From Phoronis australis (lineage: Eukaryota; Animalia; Phoronida): a DNA stretch of 37,409 bases. Position numbers and translations under genes: made by a program. Positions 1 to 13,000 of the stretch are shown piece by piece; position 1 is the first letter of the stretch, and each line of letters begins with the position of its first letter. Where the stretch lies: assembly GCA_002633005.1 (NCBI GenBank), contig NMRA01000490.1:22813-60221 (forward strand), written 5' to 3'. Under the pieces are notes generated by a model. That model saw only the letters and a list, made by a program, of their open reading frames with translations. It searched no databases and was not told the DNA's origin.

Positions 1-272
1 CAGTTTTAAGTTTTGTGTTAACTTGTCTATAACAAACGTTCAACATGCAAGCAAAGTATGTTTTCAATCTTAGCTAGTTGGATAAGAATCTGCTATGCAC
101 AAGATTCGAGAATAAACATTAATCAGTGTTTTAAAAACAAAATGGCAAACTGAACAATCACATATACACAAAGGAACAACATAGTTGAAAACAATTGTAA
201 TTTTCCCAATACAACGAAGTCCACAATCAATATATCAAGGATTGACTTTCTGAATTGAGAGGTTCAATAATC

Positions 273-2313
273 TCAGGTTATTGCTGAAGGACTGCTTTTC
301 ACTTTGTCGATAGGTAAAATAGACGGTAAGGTGGCTGGTTTCAGTTGTTTTCTCACACCTGTAACAGAATAGTCAGAGAAATATCAACAAATTTTAAAAG
401 AAAACACAAGACAAAACTACTTTTGTAAGGTAGAACATTATTGACATTTCATGTTCATGTTCGTACTATGTAGAAACTAATAAGCCTTATTGAAGATCTG
501 AACTGAAATTTGTGAAACAAGCTAAAAGTGATCTAAGCATGTGTATATTCATGACACATAGAATGTGTTTCTGGTCTCAACAAATAAATTTTATTCTAGG
601 TGTCAATATTTATTCCAATGCAATGTTACCAATTTACTGACTAGCCCAGTCATGTTAATTCGGTCACTAATCTGGTAGTCCCAGGGTGGGATCCGCTACA
701 AAATATGAAAACACTCTCATCTAGAGAATTTTATTGGACATAGCATAGTTTTGAAGAGTAACTGCGGTGTTTTGAACAACGTGAAAACCGCTATTTGTAA
801 ATAGCACAAAAGATGGTTAGTTTTATAATAATTAGAAAATGGACAATCGCCACACAAATAAAAAAGTTCTCGCTAACTCAACGTTTCATCTTTTCATAAG
901 ACACGTCATCTGTATATGTACAGCAGAACCATTCGAGTCACATCCATGTGGTGAAATGAGACTAAGAGATTGCCCGTTTTCTAATCGTTACTATGGCCAA
1001 AAATGATGTAATTATAGAATAATGTTACTGTTTCCCATAGTATCACAAGAATAGTATCTCTTTTGAAAATGGTTACTATGAGTTGTTTGTAAGGAATTCC
1101 CACATGTGGAAAACACTGCTGTCGAGGCTACTATTGGAGTGTATGAGAGTACTCAAATACTCTCAATAACGAACAAGGATTTCAGCGTTTTTTGGGGAGG
1201 GGTCACTTTTTCAAATGGGGGGCTCGTTCGTGCCCTCCTCCCTCTGGGTGCGAACATGCACGGAACACGTAATGACTGGCACACCCACGTCAAAATAAGG
1301 TGTAACCATGCAGTAGACTTGCGTAGAATATCAGCTACCCACGTTAGGTCAATTTGAACTCCAGACGTTGAAGTGTGTACATTTTTGGGACACACTCCGT
1401 ATCATTTCCCCTAGCAACCAGAAACTGCACTACCGGTTGTGTTTCATCTAGGCATTCTGAAACGGCCACAAAGGCATTGATACCAGACACCTCGGGACCT
1501 CACCTCTCCAAGAAAAATTACTTCAAAGGCTGACCATAATAAAATGAAGTTTTCCCGAAACTGGATCTTGAAATAAACCTTGACATTCAACCCAAAGCAG
1601 AGGAATAGGTACGAATACACTGTTGGAGCCCAGCTATAGTTACTTCAGGCAGATTCCATCTACCCGTCAGTATGCTGGCCCTAGACCCATTCTTACTCTC
1701 CGTAAAACTTTTTTGGTTCATCGTTACTCAAATCCTGATGTCTGCATCCCCGGTATTACCCCCACCTATGGCGGACATGGTGGGGGGGCTCGGAACAAAT
1801 ACGGTGACATCCAGAGAACGGGTGCGGGGGTGGCGATAGCAAGGGGGTAACTTGGCGAAGTCAAATTGGTTTGTGCCCCCCCCCAATAATGTTTTCCTTC
1901 CTACGGGCCTGGAGTGGCACGTCCCATACACCTCATATATTGGAAGCACTTTCAACCAGGACAATATGTGCTGATAGGTTACCATCCGGGTCCAGGGTGA
2001 GTTTCTGAAAAGAAACACTTAGTTCCACTGAATAAACTCGTTATTCAGTAGGGCAATGGTGGCAATAACATCACTGAACAACGTCGATAGCAACTAATTG
2101 CTAAAAACTTACCAAGTAACGTGATTATGTGGTCTCTCAATGGAAATGAATAGAGCACACACGGTCCGTGAGGCTTCGGTATCTACATGCTTTTTATCAC
2201 TTGCTTGACCCTTTTGACGGCAATTATCCACGTCTGTAGTAACCTTAGGTCTTTTGCGAATTTGTGACGACCTGTCGAAGATTTGCACCCCGGAAAATAG
2301 CAATAATAGGCTT
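273..2313 (-). pseudogene. Decayed two-exon THAP zinc-finger gene, probably a DNA-transposon remnant
   Basis: Exon about 2313-2113: YYCYFPGCKSSTGRHKFAKDLRLLQTWIIAVKR...*IPKPH/DRVCSIHF, with stops and two frameshifts, then a GTAAGT donor. Exon from 358 (TTACAG acceptor): GVRKQLKPATLPSILP, an AVPTIF-like box. Confidence 0.75.
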
Positions 2314-3949
2314 AGCGCGACGTCGTACTTTGATAACAGTTCCGTCTTTTTACCAGCTGTTTACAAGCAGACAGCGACGCATGTGCAATTCAATTACCAC
2401 TAGTACAGCAGCGACACCGCGAGGAGAATTCGTCGAATAGCCTCATTGTAGACATGTCATGTCATGTATCATAGTTACCTGGTGGTTGCCAAACGGTGGT
2501 TGACAAAAAGAAATTCGCCAAAAGTTCTTCATAATGTTTTTGTAATTCTTGTAAATATCATGCTCTGTTAAGGTATTTTTTATTATACGCATACTCCATG
2601 TCTCTCTCTTTAAGAAATCAAGTTTTCGTTGCATTTTGATGTAAGATGATGCCTGGTTGGCCAGTCTCTATTATATTACCCAAACCTCATAAGAAAGTTT
2701 AGATATGGCTATCCCTGAACACTGGCTAGGTAGGCGATCGCCACTGCTTGAAAAAACCCAGAAGTGTGTGACACGTGTGAATAATAATAAAGTTCAAATG
2801 AAGTAAAGTTTCACTAGAAAATACTGAGTTGGCTTGGAATTTGTAGCCATGGCACGGACATTAATTTTACAAATTAATGATAGGCTATTCCATATTTTCA
2901 ACCCTTGAAGAAAAAGGTTGCAAATAAAAAGTAGCAACAGGGTAGCCTTGGATGTCGTCAGCTGGTCCCCTCTAAGAGCTAGGATTTTTATCAAATTCAC
3001 AATCTTTCAAAAAACCGGGGAAAGTGTCAGATTACTCTATTATCCGTTGCCAGAGAACAGACCCTATGGAGTCAGCTTCGTATTCCCCAACATTGTCTTC
3101 TTGGAGTATAACGCTCGGAATCATTTTTTTCTGAGAAATCTGGGGCATTTTTTCTCGGAGTTTTTGAAAAGCACGTGTGAATGATTAAGAGAACGTCGTG
3201 AAGCAGTCGTAGACTGCATTTTAAAGCGTGGGGCTATCTAAAAAATACCCAGCCAGGACTGGCAAAGGGAAAATCTAGCACCGGCGCTGGTAGTGTGTAA
3301 ATGTTCCCTCCTTTACATATTTCGCTTTGTCTTTCTTTTCTTTTCTTTCTCTGGCCTGCCAGGAAAAATGCATTCCAAGTTATTGGGGCAAGTATTGTCC
3401 CGGCGCCACGTGCATCTTACGTCTAACTTTTTAATTGTGGTTTGGTGGTCAGCAATGCTGTAACTGAGGAGCCCATACCATCGTTTCGTACTCATAAAGC
3501 CTGTTTTTATAAAAAAAAACAATGTGGATTTTAGCATTTTACTGTTGCTTTGAGCGAACATATTTAAGTGGAGTGATTGATCTGACTAGAGGTCGTTTGG
3601 ATCAGTTGATGTGTAAGGGCGAAGCAACCTATTGGACAGTCCATTTGTACACACGAAAGCAATGTCTCGTCAAGCGAGACATTGTACTCGAGACATTGCA
3701 TCGTCTTTCGACCCAATTGTCAATCAAAACACGGAGCCTGTCGGAACATTGGATTTTCTGCTCAACCTATGGTTCACACAATAATTTAACACAGGCCTCG
3801 CTCGAGCAAAATACATGTACAGCAGTGGACTCGTTTCAGTCAATCAGCCAACCAGAGATCGTAAGTCAATGAGAGAACTTGTGGGCCATTTTGTTGGCCA
3901 TTTGTTCTGCAATATAGGATTGCGCTCATAAATAACCAGAACGTCTCAC

Positions 3950-4084
3950 CTGTGAGCACTTTTCTGTCACACCAGCCGCAGGCCTGAGGGCAATTAACTG
4001 TCATGTAGATAGGGTTGATATTACAGTAGTAGGCATAGGCTAGGTCCCGACATTCTTCATCTCCTAATGGGTTCTTACAATTGC
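3950..4084 (-). CDS. Astacin ShK domain exon 2
   Basis: CKNPLGDEECRDLAYAYYCNINPIYMTVNCPQACGWC; TTTTTCAG acceptor, GTGAGA donor. Phase 1 to 1. Not in the ORF track. Confidence 0.9.
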
Positions 4085-7000
4085 CTGAAAAATATGCAAA
4101 CGTTTTATTAAAAACACCCCAGAGATCTTATCACAGCTATCTGGTCCCAAGTGATGAAAATATTGGATTGTTATTCTATTATAATTTATCGTCGTTTGGA
4201 TATTAATGACATGCTTAAGCACTGCGACGTTGCCAAACTTCACAAGTCTGTTGCAAGTTTACAACAAACTATTGCCTCCCATGATTAGTGGAGGGGCAGA
4301 ATACGCTACAACAATTGAAGGTGTGCTGCTCTGTTAGCTGTTTTTGTGATTTAACTCAATTAAGAGTCACATTTTACAAGAAAGTGCTCTTTGCCAAAGT
4401 AGAACGAGACACCGAAAATTCAAAGTTGACCACACGAAGCTTACTTACCCTTGGCACGGCCGCTGTCACCTTTGTAGTTAATGTGGCATTTCTTGCATGA
4501 TTTCATACAATTTGCTACCATATAGATCGGGTTTAAGAGGCATTGGAGATCTTTGGCCCATTGTTCACATTCCATCTCATTCCTGTGCTTATTTTTACAA
4601 TCTGTAAAACGAGGACAATGCAGTAGAATCATACATGTATATCGCGTTTAGGTATGCTTTTACGAAATATGCTGATGTAATTCATTGGAAGAGTTAAACG
4701 CAATATTTTCAATTGTGTGTTCAGTTTAAGAGTGGGAAGCGCGCCTTGGGTTTGAGGCGGATCATAGTTCAAGCCCTTTCCAAACCAATGGATATAATGA
4801 TCATATACCACGCCACATCTTATCGAAATTCTACTGATCCGAAGTCGTAAACTCATTCCACACGATCTGAATATGGTATAAGATTGTTCAATATGCATGG
4901 ACTATTGTCGAATAGGACAAGTCTGATCATCCAATATATCCAAATTTGTTAGCACAAATCGTTTGCCTCGTTAGATTACGGGTGAATTTACAAACGTTTT
5001 TGGCAGGTAACTAGGGGAACTGGTGTAAACAGATTGCATGATCTACAACCAATTCTTATGAATTAGCCCATGTTTGCATCGTGACGGAATGCTAAGTACC
5101 CAGTAATCGATCCATATGAAATCGTTAAGACAACATTAGCATAAACGCAGGACCAGAGAGAAGTCGTTGTGTTAAACAAGACTTTTTCCAGCGATTTCCT
5201 TACCCATGCTTTGAAATGTGATTTCTATGCTTTAGAAGGACTTACAACACGTTGCTTGTCAGTGCCGACAGGTTATGTCCTACCTCAAGTAGGATTTCAT
5301 GCAATGACGAACTGTCAGCCTTTTCAAGTCTTCACGAAAGCCACTTCTCACTTGGATACGGGACAAAATGGGCCAGGGATATGTTCCACCACGAGAGTGG
5401 CTTAAAACTCAAGACATTTATTTGGCTTACATTCCACACTCAAATTTCGGAACATCATTATCACTCATTTGCGTTTAAGTACGAAGCATCTGAGAATATG
5501 TCCATCAATTCTACTCACCGAGAAAATTTGCGCAAATTATTTCTTGCAAACGAAATGCTAACAATTATTTGAATAGGACTTTCGTCATTGTAAAGTGGGA
5601 GCATATGAGTCTCCTGTCATGAAGCACCGAGTTTGACGAGGGCACGCAAGAACATTCAAAACACCACGAGTGTTTCGCGTGTGACCTCAGAACTCCACCC
5701 CCGTGCGCTATTAAAGGAGAAAGCATCCTTTTTTCATGTCATTTTTTCAAAAACTACGGTTTGTTGATTATCCCAGGCGTATTTTTCAGTTGATAACGAC
5801 TTCCTATGATTTTATTAATAAGTCGTGTCATACTCCGGAAGTGACGTTTAGGAGGTTAAGATTTTCTCGCCGTTTTGTTTTCACATAGTCTGACGGTGTG
5901 AGCTGTCGCGGAAGTCGTTGTTTTCTCTATGTGGTAATAAGTTCAGTCGTCCTTTACTTTTGTTAACGAGTCAGTTAAAACGCTGCATGGTTCCTGCGTA
6001 CCTGGATTTACTCATTATCATTGTGACGGGACGTTCGTAACTTTACCCTTATTGTTATTCTTATTGAGTTGCAAATGTTCACTTATTCTTATGCTAATGT
6101 CTTTGTTGCGTCTCAGTGCGCCTTTGTTACGTGGGCATGTGGGCGCGACTGTATGTGTCGGGCACTTCGCTAGCGACAGGCTTAGGAGAAGGGTGTTTCC
6201 TTCTTTTGCTTTCATGGAAAGTTGATCGTTATCATGTGCAAATTGAACTGAAACGAATGCCTGATGAGAGAAAATACATATTCTGAGGTTCAGTGGAGAC
6301 TTACTCTGTTACATTTGGCGCCCAACGTAAATCGAACAAACCAGAACTTTTCTCTGACGACGTCTGTAAAATTATGACCGTGCTACGGCCTTGCATGGAA
6401 AGTTGAACTGCTTGCTGACTTTACAAGATTTATGTCGCGACTCGGGTAAGAATTTTCTGGAAAGGACAATGTCTTAATTTGCTACTGTGGTCACAAGTTC
6501 GTGGTGGTGTCTGGAACGGATCCTCGTGCTCGCCAAGAACGGAACTTTCTGGACTATGTGTTTGACGACGCCCTATCCTGCAGGAAACTGGACTCAGTTG
6601 CATTTTGTGTCACTGAAAATGTTTTGTGTTACTGTTGTTTGACATAAGTTCACTTGATGTGCCGGGTATTGAGAGTTCTTTAATTTCTTAAGCTAGTGTA
6701 TTTTCATGCTGTAGGTCGAGTTATCTCACATTATTGGGGTGATTCTAAGTTTGTTCATGTTCCGTATATTTCATCCTTTGTCATGGATTCGCTGTGTGAC
6801 AAATGTGTGATTGTTGGTGACGTACCAGAGTGTGAGGATGGTGAGTTGTTGAATTTTCTGCCCGCTGAAATTCGCAATGGCGTTAAGCATGCTTGGCGAG
6901 TTAACTTATCCTTTTATATCGTCTTTGATTCTGAAAAAATGGTTAACAAGTGTGTTAATTTTGTACGTAAGAACCATTTCAAGGATTTCAAATTGAAAAT

Positions 7001-10000
7001 TTCAAAAGCTACTGTTACTGATGAGTCATTTCTCCGTGAATGTGCCGGTAAAAGTGATGAAAATATGTCATCGTTGATTTCATTGATAGGGGAGCTGTCT
7101 CCTGTTCAAAAGAAAATTGTGTCATCTGTTGTTGGGTCCGACGACCCTAGCAGTGTTGAGAGTAAACATGCGTCTTCAAGTGTGAACTCATGGGGTAATG
7201 TTTTTCATAGTGACCTTGTTCGCTTACCCGCATTTTCAGGTAGTGAGAGCTCGGGTGTTTCCTTTCAGCAGTGGTTAGGCGAAGTTCAGTGTTTGCAGGT
7301 TACGTTGCAAAACGATGGTTTTCTGAAACAAGCTATCAGACGCTCATTGAGGGGCAGTGCGGCTGAATTGCTTGAATGTGATTTGTCTGTAAACGAATTG
7401 CTTAGTAAGTTAAAGTCTCGATACGGTGATGTGTTACCTGTTGGAAAAATTGTTGAAAAATTCTACAGTTCTAGACAGGATAAAAATGAAAGCGTTACCC
7501 AATGGGCTGGGCGCTTAGAGAAATTAGTAGTTCAAATGAAAATGTCTGAATCATGTCCCATTCCGAAAGAGGCGCTGCCATCTGTGCTAAAATCACATTT
7601 TGTGTCTGGTTTGCTGTCAAATGACGTCAGACTTGGTCTAAAGCATTTTGTGGAACACAATAGTGAAGAATCATTTGACGAGCTACTGATTTACGCCCGT
7701 CGTTTAGACATTGAGTTCAGCAGAAAATCGCAGTCACATCACTCTCTTGATAGTGGTGATAAAACTGATAAAATGGTCACTATGATCGATGCTTTGGCTA
7801 AAAGAATAGAGAAACTTGAAGGTAGTTTCACTCGAAATAGGTCCAATGTTTTCAACGGGAACTCTAGGTTCCGCGGACAACCCTATGGTAATGTGAACCG
7901 GCAACGTTCAGAACAACAGACTATTTACCAGTCTACTGATGTGCGGGCTGACAACTCGTTACCCAGATTTGACGGCGTTTGTTTCCGGTGCCATGAATAC
8001 GGTCATAGGGCTGTCAATTGCACGGTTGCTTTAAACTTCAATCGGTCGTCGACAGGGGGGCTTCCGACCGATCGCATGGAAAACCCCCCTCAGTAGGCTT
8101 AGTAGGGGAGTCCTTTGAAAAGGAATTTATGATTGCAAATGTGAGATGCATATGTTTACTCGATACAGGTTCTAGAGTAAGTACGATCTCCGAGAGCTTG
8201 TGTCAGCATATTGGTTTGTCTGTGCTGCCTATTTCAGATATTACTGGACCTTTGCGTGTTGAGTGCGCTAACGGAGAAGTTTTGCCTTACAAGGGTTACG
8301 TTAGTGTCACTGTTGGAGTACCCGATACCGATGAGTCAATTGATGTTTTGTTTTTGGTTGTTCCAAACACTTCTTATAATTTCCGTGTTCCTGTTATAGT
8401 GGGTACTAATGCTTTGCGTGTTTTGATCGATCTCGTTGATAATGACAATCGCTCGGACTGGTTGCTGTTGTTGAAAAATGTCATGTTTAATCGTGAAACC
8501 TCTCTTCCAGGCGTAGTTAAGACTGACAATTCTGTTACCATTCCGTCTGGGATGTCCCAAATAATCGATGCTTGTATTTGTGTTAACCCATGTACATCTT
8601 GTAGTTTACAGGTTGTCACCGAAGAGTATGGTTCACTGTCACTTCCTAGTAACTTGCAGGTGTGGCCCACATTGCATGAGATTAACCCTGGGGATCATAT
8701 GATTCCTGTTAGAGTCACGAATGTGGGTTGTAAGTCTGTTACTGTTCCTGCTGGTTCAAGCATCTGCAGCTTGGTACCGGTGGATCAGACGGCAGCTGAA
8801 ATTCCGTGTTCTGATTCAGCTGAGAATTCTGAGGAGTTCATAATAAACCCAGAATTAAGTATTGAGCAGCGCGCCCGAGCCGCAAGTTTACTCAATGAAT
8901 ATCAAGATATTTTTGCGCAGAATGATTTGGATCTTGGTCATGTTACTCAGGTTCAGCATAAGATACATTTGACAAGCGATGCTCCTTTTAAACACCGACA
9001 TCGCTCTATTCCTCCTAACATGTTGGATGAAGTTAGAGCTCACTTAAAGGATATGTTGCAGCTGGGGGTTATCAGACCGTCCACTAGTCCATATGCTTCT
9101 AGTATTGTCTTAGTACGTAAGAAGTCTGGAGAGTTGCGATTTTGCTTAGATTTTCGTAAATTGAACGAGATCACGGTAAAGGATGCTTATGCTTTGCCTC
9201 GTGCTACTGAAAATTTGCATACGCTTCATGGTTCTCGATATTTTTCAACTCTTGACATGAAATCTGCTTATTGGCAGGTAGATATAGCAGAGGAAGACAA
9301 ACATAAAACAGCATTCACTGTAGGTCCACTCGGATTTTACGAGTGCAATAGACTTCCGTTTGGGTTAACCAATGCTCCTGCAACGTTTCAACGAGTGATG
9401 GAAATGTGTATGGGGGACTTGTATTTGTCTGAGTGTTTGATCTTGTTGGACGATATTTTGGTGTTTAGTGATACATTTGAAAATCATCTAACCCGATTGA
9501 GAAATGTGTTTCAACGCGTACGTGAGTTTGGTATGAAACTTAAGCCGTCAAAATGTGAGTTCTTTAAGCAGCGAACTGTGTATTTGGGTCACGTGATTTC
9601 TCAACAAGGGGTCGAATGTGATCCCGATAAGATAGCGGTTGTGTTGGATTGGCCTGTTCCAAAGTGTGTGAAAGACTTGCAAAGTTTTTTAGGTTTTGTG
9701 GGGTTTTACCGTCGCTTTATTCAAGACTTTGCATCAATTGCTCAGCCTCTTCATGCACTTACAAAGGGAGTAACGGGTCGTAAACGTAATTCTTCTGATA
9801 CCTCAAATGGACTGTTTGTTTGGGGTGATAAAGAACAGTATGCTTTTGAAGAACTTAAACGCAGGTGCACGAGTAGCCCTGTACTGGCATTTGCTGATTT
9901 TACGCAGCCATTTTCTGTGCACATTGACGCCAGCATGACGTCGTTAGGTGCGGTATTGTATCAGGAGTCCGGGGGATTGAATAGACCCATTGCCTTTGCG

Positions 10001-13000
10001 AGTCGTTGTTTGAGTGAAGCCGAGAAACGCTATCCTGTACATAAACTTGAGTTTCTGGCTCTTAAATGGGCCATAACGTCTAAGTTTCACGATTACCTAT
10101 GCGGCGGTTTGCCGTTTGTAGTGTACACTGACAATAACCCTGTTACATATGCATTGTCTACAGCTAAGCTGGATGTCTGCTCTCAGAGGTGGGTTTCTGA
10201 GTTAGCGAATTACAATTTTCAGATTGTGTACAAGACTGGTAAGTCGAATTTAGACGCTGACGCGCACTTTGGGTATGCCATTTCATCACTCTCCGAAAGA
10301 TGACACAATCCGCCGTAATTGGCTCGTTCGTTTGAAGAACACAGTATAACTCGTCTACGCAACATATAAAGTAGCGGGGGATTAAATGGTGTGTCGGGTT
10401 ACAAAAGAGATAATTATGTATAGGGAATTGATGAAGGTTCCTGCAAAACAACACTGTTGAATACCGGCAGTGCTTCGTCGCCACCCCCGAGGAGTGTCTG
10501 TGATATGGTCGCCGACTCCAACCATTGCCATGATACTACAAGCTAAACAATCCATAAATCCGTACGTAATTGAGATTTCTAACAACCTAACTTAGTGTAG
10601 AAAACTCGTCAATTGGAAGTGGTGGCGACAAAGTTACGAAAACCGGACGAAAACAACAGTAGAACGGGTCCTCACAGTAAACGCAAACGCAGAAACAAAT
10701 TTTCGTGAAATTTTAACCCCTTAAACGTCACTTCCGGAGTAAACATGATTAATTAAGGAAATTACGGGAATCCTTAACATATGTCTGGGATAATCAATGA
10801 ACCGTATTTTTACTAAAAATGACAAAAAGGTTGCCTTCTTCTTTAACATGTTGGCTACAAAAGCGATCGATCGTGTTATCAAACCCAGAACCGTGTGTTT
10901 CTTCTTCATGCGAAAGCTTTCCATGCATCTGATGCGCTTACGAAGCGCGCTCCAATACTTTAATGCCCGCAGGAACAGTAGTCCTACAGAAACGTACTTG
11001 TCACTTGGTTTCCTTGACGCCCGCCCACTTGACAGTTTCTATTACCATCTGGACACAGGCACTGGCACGTCTTGTCAACAAATCCGCCATTTGTACAACG
11101 AGGTAAGCGACTGCAGTGTTCTAAAAAAATAAAACACGTAATCAAAAGCAGTAAATTCGTTATCATCCAGTTTTGCGTCAATTTACCTGAACAGTTTAGA
11201 GTACATGAGCTGGCTCGCACGTCAGCGTGCCATGTTGGCTTCAAGCCTAGTTACACTTCAGTTTAGGCCCATTGCAATATAGACAACTTCAGAGCCCGAT
11301 TATAATAGCGTTCCGTCTGTCGCTGCGCACTTCAACCGCGATACAGCAACGACAACGATTTTAGCAATAGGCGATCTGAGCTAAAGCGGGATCATTAATG
11401 CTGTGGAATTCGAGACTTGAAATGAGAATGTGAACATCTTATACTCACTGTTGCAACTGTAAAGAATGTTAATTTCTTTGATGTCAGAGAATGATAACGT
11501 CTGATACATCGATCTCCCCATCAAGTCATCATTCCTAGGATCAAGCGCAAAGATCGTTTGCCGTTCCCTTTTTGTGTTTGGATCCACTATCCCAAAGGTC
11601 TGTGTTATCAAACATATGCGAATTTTTAATTGTTGATGTATACATAGGGACTATGACGCTGCAGTAACATTGTAGGCGATTAAATGATGTTAACTTCAAT
11701 ATAAGGCCAACATGATTGATTGCCAGGAAGTCAAATATAAAAGTAAAATCAACAGAAAAGCTTTGAACCGGTCAACACAGAAAAATATTATGTCAGCAGT
11801 ACAAATCGAGCTAAAACGAAACATACGTATTTTCAATTTCTTGGAATAATGAACATCATGAAGATAGCACACTTATTTATGAATAGTTTGTTACTGACTA
11901 ATACTGTCCTTTAAGACACGATTAGTTAACGTTACGCTAAATGACATAAATTTCAATGCGGTGTATTGTTTTTTACAATGTTTTGAAAAGATTCCCGACA
12001 TTTTGGAACATGTCAAAATGTTCAAAAATCATGACTTTTCGTAATGCTGGGATGGGTTTATTCATTGGATCGTTTCAGTAAATAGATATATAATACAATG
12101 ACCGTCTGCATGCATAGACCAACGAATGTCGTTTCCAGATTAGCAAAGGTTTGTGATGACGTCAAACAATATCGTTTGGTAGAAGCAAAAGTAAATTATA
12201 TTTGTTTACGAATCATGAAGGGATAAAGATATTCTAGTGACTCGGCACCATCATTTTGCCACTTTTGAATGTGAATCGGCTTTTTCGTATCACTCAACCA
12301 CAATTTGAAGATCACCGTGAACACAATTTTGTGCAGCTAATGTGAAACGGTGAAATTAGTCCGCATCTATTCGTGTCAACGACCATTGAGATCAGGGAAA
12401 ACGGGGATTGGCTGCAGTTGGTTATGACTTCCGGGAGGAGGGAACTGGACAAGACTGAAGAGACGGCTTGCAGATACAGTGTGAGTATTTGGTGACGTCT
12501 GAGGATGGACGTCAGCAGAGAAACCAATATTGAACCTTGACGTGACGTCGTCACCTCAATTATGGATTTTGCCTTACCGTTTTAGAATAATGCATTATAC
12601 TCGCGTAGTCATACGGTAAGTCCTTTGGAAAAGCACCTTCCGCCATTTTTTCAAAGTTATACTTCTGGCCTGGTTCAACGTTGTTCATTTCAATTCTGAC
12701 GTAGTGGTCTCTGTCCGATCTCACGTGCTCATGGGCGAGTCCCATTGCGTGACCCAGCTCGTGAAGGTAAACTCCAAGCTAACGAATCAGTAACGAAGGA
12801 ACTTGAGATCAATATGTAAACACATGGAGTTAGGCTGAGGGTATTCGCGGTAAATGTAGGCGATATACATTATAATAATCTAATAGGGTGGGTATCACTA
12901 GCAGTTTCCCTATTTCAATCTCTGATTTGAGATGGTTAAAGTAACACTTTACCTATTTTGAGACCCTTTGTATATCTTCGCGACCATAGGCCACTTGTGC

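Larger units (their letters stand above)
6022..10265 (+). mobile_element. Ty3/Gypsy LTR retrotransposon, 3'-truncated (5' LTR, PBS, gag, PR-RT-RNaseH; no integrase, PPT or 3' LTR)
   Basis: Domain order PR-RT-RH; PBS follows a CA terminus; retroelement similarity stops at NLDADA. Confidence 0.92.
5715..10842. mobile_element. Kolobok-like DNA transposon shell (about 140-155 bp imperfect TIRs, TTAA TSD) containing the Gypsy fragment
   Basis: TTAA at 5711-5714 and 10843-10846. Termini read inward as AGGAGAAAGCATCC and AGAAGAAGGCAACC. Shared inverted blocks TTGATTATCCCAG (5764-5776/10786-10798) and a perfect 20-mer TACTCCGGAAGTGACGTTTA (5831-5850/10722-10741). TTAA plus RR termini is the Kolobok signature. 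No transposase seen. Confidence 0.75.

Noticed and set aside
5241-5400. Possible extra ShK-like exon (HCMKS, AG acceptor, GTAAGT donor) on the minus strand
   Set aside because: The phase-1 frame has several stops and the Cys pattern is incomplete; it cannot be told from chance.
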